Assembly (NCBI GenBank): GCA_002633005.1
Contig: NMRA01000073.1
Span: forward strand, 296,481-331,808
Direction of reading: 5' to 3'
DNA: 35,328 nucleotides
DNA from: Phoronis australis
Taxonomy: Eukaryota > Animalia > Phoronida
Shown here: in pieces, positions 22,865 through 33,489 of the stretch
How positions within the stretch are numbered: position 1 is the first letter of the stretch
How the letters are laid out: every line of letters begins with the position of its first letter
Program-made: the position numbers and the translations under genes
The notes under the pieces: model-generated
What the model saw: only the letters and a program-made list of their open reading frames with translations
What the model was told of the DNA's origin: nothing
Database searches by the model: none

Positions 22865-25206
22865 GTAAATGTTGCACATTTTCGGATTTCTGATATTCAA
22901 CAATATTGATCAGTAGGACAAGATGAACAACACATCTTTTTAAATGCATTTACATGCAAGATGGTAAATAAGGTACAACAATTAGGTCACCGCGATAATT
23001 TATTTTAAAGACTTACATAGGCTATGGAACAAATAAAAATAAAAATAAAGAAAATATATTTTGAATTTTTGAAAATGCTAACAAATCTGGTTCTAATGTT
23101 ATCAGCAACTGCCCTGATTTCGCTTTAATTTGTATTTTTTATACATTGAAGTAATGTGATCTAGCTGCGTTTGTTGCCCTGAGAATGTTCACACATGGGT
23201 AGACAACGTCATGCCTTGAAATAAAAATATCCAAATAAGATTCAGCATGTAGTGTAGTTAAACGATATTTGAACACATGTACTTATTGATTTTCCTTTAA
23301 AACCTTGGGACGATTCTTATCGATTTGGCTTGTGACCCTCGTTTGTTTGAATTGCCTTGGGAGATAAACAAAGCAAGACACCGAAATAGCAATTAGTTGC
23401 AAATACGTGCTCTTGTAAGATTTATGACTTATTGATAGTGCAATTAATGAAACAGAATCAATATTCAACAAACAGTCTTATATAAATGAAATTCCACGCA
23501 CGTGAATAGTGTGAACAATGGAGGCGAAATTGCACAGACACTAACCAGAATGTATGGAATTATTGGCACTGGTCAGCAGGACTATTCCACGCACGTTGGA
23601 CTTTTTAGAATATGCTTATGTATGTAGCCTCAAAAATCCACGCCTACACATTTAGGCTTTTATCGCTTAGCCATTTCCGATATTTCTTGTGCCAGAACAG
23701 GGGAGAACTAGTCGACGTAACCACTAGCTTCTCACCAATCACAGGTTGGAAAGTGACATTGCGCGATGATGTAATTCAGTGTGTGGTAACAAGGTCGATA
23801 TTGACCCCGGGCCCATCAAAGTATGGGGATCGGCACATGGATGGACGACATTGGAACATATCAGTTGAAAGTCTCCGACAAAAGGAAGAGCAACATAGAA
23901 CTCGACACGTTGTTATTTTGTTGCACTCACACGGTATTGACCAAAAATCAAAATTCCTTAGTAACTTCTCACTATGGACGCTCAAACACACTTAATGACT
24001 GTATGTAGTTTCCGAATAGTGTATTTGCAACTCGCCATGCAGGCCCGTAGCCAGGGGGGTTTCGGGGGGGGGGAGGGTTCGATCGAGGCCCCCTCCAAGG
24101 AAAAGGTCCAGCCCTAGCCTATCCGATAGCTTAAGATAGGATTTAGTGGATGGACAGCAAAATTGATGTAGCTACTGTTAGTTCGCTCAAAGACAACGCA
24201 AATGTCCCTAACAAGTGATTATATTTGCCAGCACAATAAACGTGAACAATCCACCAACATGGACGCTCTGGAAATCCTCCTCCAGCCAGTGGGGAGAGGT
24301 TACACACCAGAGACGCCTGGCGGCTGATACAAAGCTTAACACCAACAGCTACTAGTTCTACTAATCACAATTATAACTAAGTTAATATTAATGTTGAATT
24401 TGCTTCTGATGTAAAGCGCTTCACATAATCATCGAGTCGTATCCGGCCCGAGTGGTGACTGCGTAGATGACGATTAGAGGAGGCTTTATGTTATTCATCG
24501 GCCGAAAGCGCGTAGTCTCTACACCATAGGGTAACAAGGAAGTCTAGAAGTTAATGCCTCATACCTAGTCCAAACTATATAGCATTTAGAGAGATCCCCA
24601 CATGTAGTGCGGTGTGAATGCCTTCAGATCGACCAAGAAACAAAACAGCAGAAAATGGGTTTGTTATTTGCTACTTTGCTGTATTTTCTAGCATAGTATG
24701 GATAAGGTGCTGGCATTTTCAAATTTCGAATTGAAAGTGATTGCCACATTGATTTTGGATTGGTGGATTGACAAGCATGCGGGTACACGTGTGAGCGTTT
24801 CCGTTCTTTTAAATTCAGTACAAGCCGAGGGTAAGTTCACTGACTACTCTGTCGTTTCTCAAAAATCAGACATTTAGCCACCGCGTTTTCTTACACTGAG
24901 AAATCCCCGCATGTCCACGACGTCGCTGCGTCTTTTCTCACCTTCCTCACAGGTTAACGCGACACCTCTCGGCAAGGTGAGGTCGACCGTTTAAGAGGCG
25001 ATGTGGATATAGACCGATTAAGACGGTAAAAAGACTAATTAAATCGGGTGGCATTCTCCTTTAAAAGCCCACCAGAACGTAGACGACCGACGAAGATTAC
25101 ATCACCAACCACTTATGTAGACCATGTTGTTTTGTACATGATGTCTCTGAATTCGCCCATGCCTAATACAAAACTGAACTCAAGAATTCTCTTTGTTTTT
25201 GGCCAG

Positions 25207-25572
25207 ATACAACAACTACAACATGTGTTCCAACTACAACAACAACAACAGAAACACCACTCACAACTATAACGACAAAAACAGACCCACCATCTACAAC
25301 ATCAACGACGACAGAAGCACCAATCATAACAACAACACAAGCGACAACCACAACGATGCATGTGTCAACCGCGACGACTGAAACAGAAACCACGACTACT
25401 GGAAAACAAACAACACAAGCGGCGTCTGCAACGACGGAAACTCCCACAGCAACGACGAATACTCCAACCACAACGACGGAAACTCCCATCCCAACGACAG
25501 AGACTCCAACCACAACGACGGAAATTCCAAGCACAACAGAAACACTGGCCATCACGACAATCGACAATCGAA
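25207..25572 (+). CDS. Exon 7: Thr/Glu/Pro-rich mucin-like stalk
   Basis: tttttggccag acceptor and A|gtaagt donor. 122 codons dominated by TTETP-type repeats, including a ~21-nt repeat unit near 25430-25540. Confidence 0.9.
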
Positions 25573-26009
25573 GTAAGTAAGGATAGTTCAGCTAAACGCA
25601 GTTAGACCACTGCCCCAATAGTTACCTCTTTGAGTCGTTCAAGCGCAAACCAAACATGGTGTAGCTCCTGTACACGTGTACTGCATTGTTCAACAGATTC
25701 CTTTCTCGATGATATTTCAGGGTAAATGTTCCCGGCAATCACAAAACACACCGAGAGTAACAAGGTATATCCACGGGTCTAAGTGTTTGTGACCATTCAC
25801 ATATTACTGACCTATTGAAACCCACTGAGATCCAGTCAGTTTGCACGTTACCACTACGTACTTGCATTTTAAATTCGGGGATTAGGTGCGCTGGTTGGTA
25901 AATGTCCATATAAAACAACTGACGTTGGGTAAACAGCAAAGATATTCATGTGACTAGACAGCGTAGCCACGGGTAGTCAGGTGCAAGGTGCTGTCAGGTT
26001 CAAGGTGCT

Positions 26010-26140
26010 ATCACCCAAACATGTTCCGCATATTTGATAATTAGCATCAAATACCAGTTCAATTTCGGTTTGTTCATTCTGCCAAAATGTCCCCACGCAC
26101 GTTGTATAGAACCGTGTGGGACACCAACCACACGCGCTGT
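26010..26140 (-). pseudogene. Degenerate PHD-finger-like fragment, possibly from a CR1/L2-type ORF1
   Basis: SACGWCPTRFYTTCVG...YQICGTCL matches the CxxC..F(H)xxC...CxxC second half of a PHD finger with the His replaced by Tyr. No first CxxC pair is visible. Confidence 0.4.
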
Positions 26141-26564
26141 TATGTTCCTTGAGCACTTTCGATTGCTCGTTCCAGTAAGTAGCTGATCTACCGTTTAAGC
26201 GTCCCAAGCTCATCGTGTTTTCGTTAACAACGACTGATTGTGATCCATGCTGAGTGGAGGACGGTCGTTGTGAAAACTTTTCTCTGTGTTCTGATTGAGT
26301 GGAATTTAACAACTCGGTTGTAACATGGGAACAATCCATTTACTTGTCACCTTTAGTAGAGCATGTACCTAGTATCTGGCATGGCTAGAAACATGTAAAA
26401 AATTGTATGACTGACATTCATACAGCCATATTGATGGTGTTGGAATTCCTTCTGAGTGCTTGACTCCAACTGTTTGATACATGTCACGAAGAATTAAATT
26501 ACGCCTCAATTCTCTGGAAAACGTTCTGCTTATTGTCCGAACACCTGCAAATCTTATTTCATAG

Positions 26565-26741
26565 TTTGTGTCGGAGGTTACTACAAGTTTAAAAGTTCCT
26601 GCTACAAATTGTTCGTTGGCAAGACTTTGACTTGGCAGCAAGCCCAAACAGTTTGTCAAAACGAAGGCGGACATCTTGCGCACGTGACATCACAGACGAT
26701 TGACAACTACCTTGGCGGCATTATCCTGACTGCTGGAAACG
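26565..26741 (+). CDS. Exon 8: C-type lectin domain, first exon
   Basis: tttcatag acceptor and G|gtaagg donor. Reads ICVGGYYKFKSSCYKLFVGKTLTWQQAQTVCQNEGGHLAHVTS (long-form CTLD: C..CY..TW..A..C..GGHL). Confidence 0.93.
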
Positions 26742-28289
26742 GTAAGGTCGAAGAATTGCGTACAAACGTTCAGAATACGAATGCGCTAACAGACTTTCTC
26801 AGTAAGTAAATTCAGTTGAGGAAAACAAAAACATGAAATAAATCGATCATCTCTTTCATCCTGCTTTCCTATTCCAAGCGATGCAATATATGGGATTAAA
26901 ATGATCTTGGGATATTGATTTAAATCCATCAACGTCTGGCATACATTTACATTCAATGACATTTTGGCGTTGAATTTGTGCACGGCATAACTGAAAGGTG
27001 AAAATCATACACACAATATGCACACCGATTTCCAGGAAAATCAGTGGTAACATTTTGTATGAAATGAGGAGAGTTGGGACAACACCAGTTACAAAAATAT
27101 ACAATAACCGTATCAAAAATAAATTATGTCATAGCTCTAATAAGTATTGATTTATGTGATTCCTGCATTATGAAAACGCAGCTTGTTATCAAATGTGCAA
27201 CCAACCTAAAAACCAATGGTTCCTGAATTGCACGCAAAGTATGTATTGCACGAACATGACAATCTGAATAGTTTTAACAATGTTTTAGCAACACATGAAA
27301 ACACGACATCAAGTAACAGTCAAACACGGGCACTTCAAATGATAAGTGAAGTTGACTTTTCGCACCCTATTTCGACACTGTGGAAGACAAGTAACACACA
27401 ATGGATGTGCAATATAGCAATAGTTCTAGAGATTTGCCAGTACATGTATATATCTCCAGAGTCTATGGAATAGCACACCAATTTGGGCGGCTGTTGTTCT
27501 TAGCGGTATGAATGGGGAACTCGAAAATCACCAGGTGTATGGCTTGCACCCCGCTAATGAATATCGAGTTTCCAGACAATACACAGGCAATAAGACTAAC
27601 TGTTCATTTTTGGATTAAACAGTTTATAGCTTCAGTGTTGTCATAGTTAGGCTTTCAGTGCATTGTTTACATGTGTTATTGTTCGAGGCCGCGGTTTAGT
27701 TACCGTGGGTAACGTTTCTTCAAACATTTTTGAAAACAATTAACCCACGTGTCCCCCCTTGGAGAACACAGAAACGTGAAATATGAGCGCAAAAAACGAT
27801 GCTCAAACTTTCACAGTTAAGAAATTACGTGTGTTACAATTGTGGAATTTCAAGGTCTTCATTGTTGACAGCGCATTCTTCGGGTTTAAAGACCTTAAAA
27901 AATCCAAGACACCGTTTGTAGCTAATAAAACGAGCAAAAGATTGTTAAGTTTTGGGCAAAAATTTACACACCTGCGGAAATTCTGTGGGGTTCTTCGTGA
28001 AACTAAGATTAGTAAAAAAACTTGATCATGTGGAATTTTGGGAACGAAAGTAGCCAGAACAACTCTTTACGCGCAAATTTGTATAGCATGCGCAAATCAA
28101 TGACCATGAGCAAACTAGTGACCAATTCTCACAGGTTCAGCATCACTAGAATATAACTCATACTGATGATGTCGTCACCGCATCTGTAGAATTGCTTTGG
28201 AGTTTCGATACACGTTAGTTTCGCCTTTCTACTGAGAGCAGTCGTGTACATTTTCTACACTTGTTATAAACACAATAAACCTATTGCAG

Positions 28290-28397
28290 ACGTGAGCGCA
28301 AGTGGGGTGTGGATTGGGGGCACGAATGAGGTCACCGAGGGTAACTTCACCTGGACGCCCATCAACGCGCCACTCGTCTACTCTAACTGGAATCCTG
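28290..28397 (+). CDS. Exon 9: C-type lectin domain, second exon
   Basis: ttgcag acceptor and G|gtaagc donor. Reads DVSASGVWIGGTNEVTEGNFTWTPINAPLVYSNWNPG (WIG, EGxFxW, YSNW motifs). Confidence 0.93.
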
Positions 28398-28724
28398 GTA
28401 AGCGAGTATATATCGCCTAAGGCACCCGTCTGTATGTGGCGTTGTGAAATTGGCGTTTATTTGTTGAACTAAAGCAGATTGCTGCAAACGTGACTACAGT
28501 TTCGGGAAACTTGCAGCTGCAGCGGTTACAGCTGCAGCGGTTACTCTAGGACGCCGTAATGAAGGCCTTTCAACCACAATCAATTTTCGTAGAAAAATTT
28601 CCGCGTACGCCCCTAAAACTGCATACTGGTGGCGTTTTTCCCCCTACCTTGCCGCATGAATGAATAGGCACCCTGGGGCCCACGAAATCCGCCTATGGTA
28701 CGTTAATCTTTTCAGAGTGCATGT

Positions 28725-28965
28725 TGCACGCGTCCAAGGGAGGGGGGGGGGCTCCATTTGGCGAAGTGGGCAAAAACGTTCGCCTCAGAGAAACAAAAAC
28801 TTCGAAAAAAGTAGAAAACAAGACAAAAGTCCACTAAAAAGACAGGAACCACCAAAATTCGACGAACACACAATTCATAGCTCTGAACGTATCCCGTGAA
28901 TCTTGGTAAAAGGTACTCGTTCTCAAAAATTCAGGTCCCCATTTTTTAGATTGGATGCGCGCATG
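28725..28965. mobile_element. Degenerate G-run MITE (hAT-like ends)
   Basis: tgcacgcgtccaa followed by a G-run at the left end and ttggatgcgcgca at the right end form an imperfect TIR pair. Similar single ends lie near 640-662 (gatccgccactg), 24040-24060 (caggcccgtagccagggggg), 28685-28697 and 33497-33508. Confidence 0.5.
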
Positions 28966-29601
28966 TTTTGTAATTCTAAATTCCATGCAAAATGATTCAA
29001 TTTAAGAGTTAGGAACTCTACTAGAGATCTATTTTTGCAACGCCAGAACGCTGGGTTTCATGGGAAGAAATCGTTTTTGAGTTTAGTAAAAATAAATATT
29101 CTTGGTTATCTTGGTTTCAGTTACTGATCAACTGGCGTATATTTACTATCAGAACAATGTAAAGTGACGTAAACGTCCCGGCAAAGGACCAGCATCTTGG
29201 TTCTGCATTGACTTCCATTGAAGAAATATGCACTGTAATGTCCTACTATATACTACATACACAATTTGTTCAAGTCTCGTACCCACGAGGGGCACAACCG
29301 GTCCAGTGAACCTCGCACTTTCGGCAAGTGTGGTCGGTACTTTAAATTACTAGTTACAGCAAAAATGAAGAGATTGATATGTGACGTTGTAATATTTAAT
29401 GCGATAATATTCACTGTTTCTTTTGTATTAGAGTAGATTTCGTGTCACAAGTACTTTGCGAATGTCTGAGATCTACGGTACCACGTAATCACATTAAGGA
29501 AGACAGTGTTAGGTTTCGTACGTTTCCCACAGGCCAGTGTAAACATCCACAACAATGAATTCACGTGATTAATTTGAAAGAAGCAATGCAATGTTTTTTA
29601 G

Positions 29602-29712
29602 GTCAACCTGACAACAACCAGGGAAATGAAAACTGTCTCCTATATCAAAAAGACAACCGGAAATGGGCCGATGGGAACTGCCTTCTTGCCTTCAACTGGA
29701 TATGTGAGCGAG
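29602..29712 (+). CDS. Exon 10: C-type lectin domain, third exon (QPD...WAD)
   Basis: ttttttag acceptor and AG|gtaagt donor. Reads QPDNNQGNENCLLYQKDNRKWADGNCLLAFNWICER. Confidence 0.94.
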
Positions 29713-31239
29713 GTAAGTGATATACACTAAATAGCTCAAACTACGGTTATTTTATATCTTGTGAAATCTGAAATGACAAGTGAACAGTTCAAAGTAACGA
29801 GTCCATTCTCACACCTGTTGACAGGACGGGTAAGTTATTTGGTACACACATACTAAGCTTATTACTGTAGTACTCTGGCTCTGATAGCATTCTCTGCCTA
29901 AGTCTTTACAACCGTTTCCATTTTCTTCTCTTACGGCATCATTTCTCTTCAAGTCAAGTTCTGTTTGAAAGCGTTTTGTATGCCAGAGTCAATTGTGTCG
30001 GATCATTGGTGTAGATCACATGGTGTGAATGACGGTTGTGCGTTACATTAACCAAGTCTTTGTGAGTTCGGAGTAATGTCACGAATGTGCCGTTTTCCTA
30101 TACGTAAATCGATTGTGCTTTGTGATTGTATTAAGAATCCATGACTTCTTTAGTTTCCATCCACCGAGTGTACAAACTAAAATCGTGGTGCACCTCATGT
30201 CTTCATTCTGTGAACAATGGAAGGCGGGTACCAGGGGCGCTATTCCTGAGAAGAGACGGCTTGGGTAAAGGCTTTCACATTCGAGGCGCGTGTTCGAATC
30301 TTATGTTGGCCCACAGACTAGAAAGAAATCTTGCCTCCGTGGGCTCAGTCGTAACTTAGATGCGTGAAAGGGAGGGAGTGTGGTATGAATGTGTTCAGGA
30401 CCCTCATGGAAAGCCATGTTCTACGCTGATGAGGTTACCTTTGTTAATAATAAAGAATAGAATGAACAGAACAATAATAACACGAGGAACGATGAAGAAC
30501 GTGCCTGGGTAGACATCTCTAAAACTGGCAATGGAAACGTACGAAATAAGTTGAACATTATCAAAATCTCGAGCTACTTTCGATCTGTCTAAGACAAGTG
30601 GCGTGGCAGACGTGTGCGCATTAAAGCAGTATAAATATACAGAGACGAAAGAAAAAATAAAAAATTTTGATGAAGAAAACCAGTAATAACACAACTTCAC
30701 CATGCGCGTGATTCGTGTTTTTTGTGGTTGTTGACTCCAGCCATATCCAATCCACTGCAGATCAACCAATGGCAGAATGTCACTCAGCCGAGTTCTAATT
30801 CAATCTAGGATTGTCCGAAAATAATCGTCAAAAGCAAATAAGTTCCACAATATTTGGAAATAGTATGTATTATATACAACACATTAACAATCAACAGACG
30901 TCCACAATAAATCGCTGTACAACCATACTTGGTGAGAATGACTCGGGCCGCGAACGTCACTGCCGGAGTGACGCATGCATAATCAGAACCCGAGGAATCT
31001 AATTGATTAGACACTTTCCAGAACACTGCAATTTAACCGAAAATGAAACGACTGCCTTCCCGATAAATACCATAAATAGGCTGCTAAGTGAAGCCGTTAC
31101 AGATATCTCACAATGCAAGTCGTCGATTGTAGACATCCTTCAGGAACATGGAGACATACTGACATACTTAGGATGATGCAACGGCACGAGCACAGGTTTT
31201 GAAGGTAAGAGACAAATTTTTAATATACCCTAAAGCAGC

Positions 31240-31450
31240 ATGCCAGTGGAGTTTATTGTTGGATCGTACATACTATAACCAGGAACCGAAGAAATGGTTA
31301 ATGAACAATCCAGGAAAACTTGTCACCACCCCTCAAATTGCAATTGCTGAGTTGTTCAAGAACGCTTACTTTAAAGCAGCAACATCCCTCCAGCAATTCA
31401 CGGCTTTGAAAAGACTAGATAAAACTGATACCTTTCAAACCTAAGATTTT
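31240..31450 (+). mobile_element. Decayed pogo/Tigger-type (DDE_1) transposase fragment
   Basis: TYYNQEPKKWLMNNPGKLVTTPQI..AELFKNAYFKAAT resembles the segment after the third catalytic Asp of pogo-like transposases (YYxQ...WLxxNPGxxVT..IAELF..AYxKAAT). The surrounding sequence is disrupted. Confidence 0.6.
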
Positions 31451-32454
31451 GCTACCTGCGAGCTCACTGGCACTGCATCAAGGAGATGACACTTCTAGCC
31501 ATCCTGAACTAAAGCAATCATTGACATCTTGGGCCACAGTCAGCCGTCCTTGTCGCATGTTCCTAGAGCTCAGACGGAATAATCACTTACAGATATTTCG
31601 TATTTTGAGAACCGGTTTTATCCACAGCCGTTCATTGTTCATTGGTTTTTAAGTTCTGGTACCCCTGCACTTGCTTTGTTTACCTGACTTCCTAATAATT
31701 TTCTGCTTCGTTGGTTTTATCACGACTACTTCCCATGACATGCGTCATTTTTATGCTGATGCAATCAGTATCGAACGCAAAATGTAAGGCGTTCGCTTAG
31801 TTACTAGATTCATTATTATTTGATGACTAAACAAGAGCATCTGCTGCTGAAAACGAAAAAAGAAATTTGGCCGCTTTAGCTAGAAAATCGGTCTCATAAA
31901 AGAAGAGTTTTGATTACGAATCACTGATGTACATGTACATGTACTGGCATCAACTTCAAGAACAAACGCATAATAACCAGGGAAAATGTGCAAAGACTGG
32001 TTGCCTTTGACGTCCACTTGTCAAACGGATTCCTGAGCCAGGCCGGAACGCAATATTAGGGTGTTGTCACATTCAAGAAAAACTTGAGATCGATTTTATG
32101 AGAGTTAAGAACTATTTAGATTCTTGTGTTTCATCCCACTAAAAGGCCAAATGGAGCTTCAAGTTGCCGATATTGAATTTTAAATCAAGTTTGCTCCACG
32201 GTTTATAAACACTACAACAGTAATTCAATCCTGAATCGTAGGCGAATAAGCCGGTAACTCAAGTCACAGGCAACGAGTACATGCGCGATTCTCAACTTCC
32301 CAATCTTAAGGTTGTCCAGCGCTCCCCAATATGAAGCGTTTATCGAGTCGTTGAGGGTTTCGATGTTCTTATCAAGTCCTGTCGTGCAAGGTAAGAAATC
32401 TAATGAGACAGACTTCCTGAGCTAAAGCAACCGAATTTCCTTTTTCGTTTTCAG

Positions 32455-32477
32455 CAGTTGGTGAAATGCTGTTTTAA
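32455..32477 (+). CDS. Tentative terminal exon 11: (A)VGEMLF-stop
   Basis: Strong polypyrimidine tract tttcctttttcgttttcag with a NAGNAG (cagcag) acceptor. The phase-1 frame ends in TAA TAA with an overlapping AATAAA (32476-32481). Too short to confirm by homology. Confidence 0.45.
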
Positions 32478-33368
32478 TAAACCTCCAGCACTTTCGGTTT
32501 ACTTACCCACAGTCTCACTCCACTCAGAGATATAAACAGATGTCCAGTGCTTTCCTTCAAATGTGTCCATGCCCGCTCACACAATGAAGGCAAGTACGAA
32601 AAATTGTTTCATATTACACAAAAACAAAGTTGCTTTCGTAGCGTTCAATCCCAGTTATAGAAACGTTTGAGGTAAATTTTCGTCTTTAAAACTCTCTATT
32701 CACTTAAAACGCGCACCGGTGGATTTTATATGAGTACATTCACACAGACTGTCCTGGTTCAAAATACCGCCTGACGGTATGATATTAAGTGATTAGTGAC
32801 TCTGCGACGGATCAAAAGTCGCCGAATATCTGCTCATTTGTTTTTCATAAGGTACGTGCAACAAACTGGATTGAAAAATCGCAAATTTTAAGAACAAAAA
32901 TACAAAAAACCTGCATCCTGCTAAATACATATCGCCTATCAGAATGCAAGCCCGTAGCCAAAATTCAGATTTAATGAATCTGGATCATTTCATCACAGGA
33001 CCAAGTCTAGGCCCAAGGTTTCAAACCGCTGAGCTTTTAGTTAGTGGCATTCGTAAAGAACACCGGCAAGTGTAGTATGCAAGGTACCACAGGTCTACTA
33101 GTTCCAATTAAGTAGGTCGGAATTGTTCGAATATCCACGAGACTGTCTCGGAAGCGTTCGGAAAATGTCAACATTCTTGTTTTCATTTGGAATGTTTTCC
33201 ATCGAGTCTGGGCGTTGAAATTTAGGAAGTTGATGTTTTTGAATCTGTTCATCCTCGGTCCTTGGTCACCATTGCCGGATTTCCCCGTGCGACAAACCTG
33301 CAATCCACGGAGAATCACCATTTTAGACCCTAAAGCAAAAAATTAATGTGGACGGGGCGCTTATTCTC

Positions 33369-33489
33369 CTCCTCTGATTGACTCTGTGTACCCGTTCACA
33401 TCTTCCAATATCGAAAATGTAAATCCTCTCCGCTGGTTGACTCTGTGTACCTGTTGACATGTTCCAGTATGGAAAATTTAGATCCTCTG
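33369..33489. repeat. Two tandem copies of a ~60-bp unit
   Basis: ctgattgactctgtgtacccgttcacatcttccaatatcgaaaatgtaaatcctct and ctggttgactctgtgtacctgttgacatgttccagtatggaaaatttagatcctct. Confidence 0.85.

Larger units (their letters stand above)
5313..32477 (+). other. Multi-exon gene for a secreted kringle / FCGBP-N / acidic-repeat / mucin / C-type lectin mosaic protein (~885 aa if the tentative last exon is right)
   Basis: Exons 5313-5379, 12839-13093, 14109-14351, 16801-17310, 19615-20226, 22679-22864, 25207-25572, 26565-26741, 28290-28397, 29602-29712 and tentatively 32455-32477 join in one open frame through canonical GT..AG phase-1 introns. All internal exon lengths are multiples of 3. 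Domains were recognised by eye from motifs. Confidence 0.85.

Noticed and set aside
22602-25567. Val-rich minus-strand ORFs (22602..22949 and 25163..25567) that look like membrane proteins
   Set aside because: They are antisense shadows of the Thr-rich (ACN) mucin exons.
30255-30310. B-box-like gttcgaatc with an upstream tRNA-like stretch
   Set aside because: Too degenerate to fold or delimit. It may be an old SINE but is not supportable.
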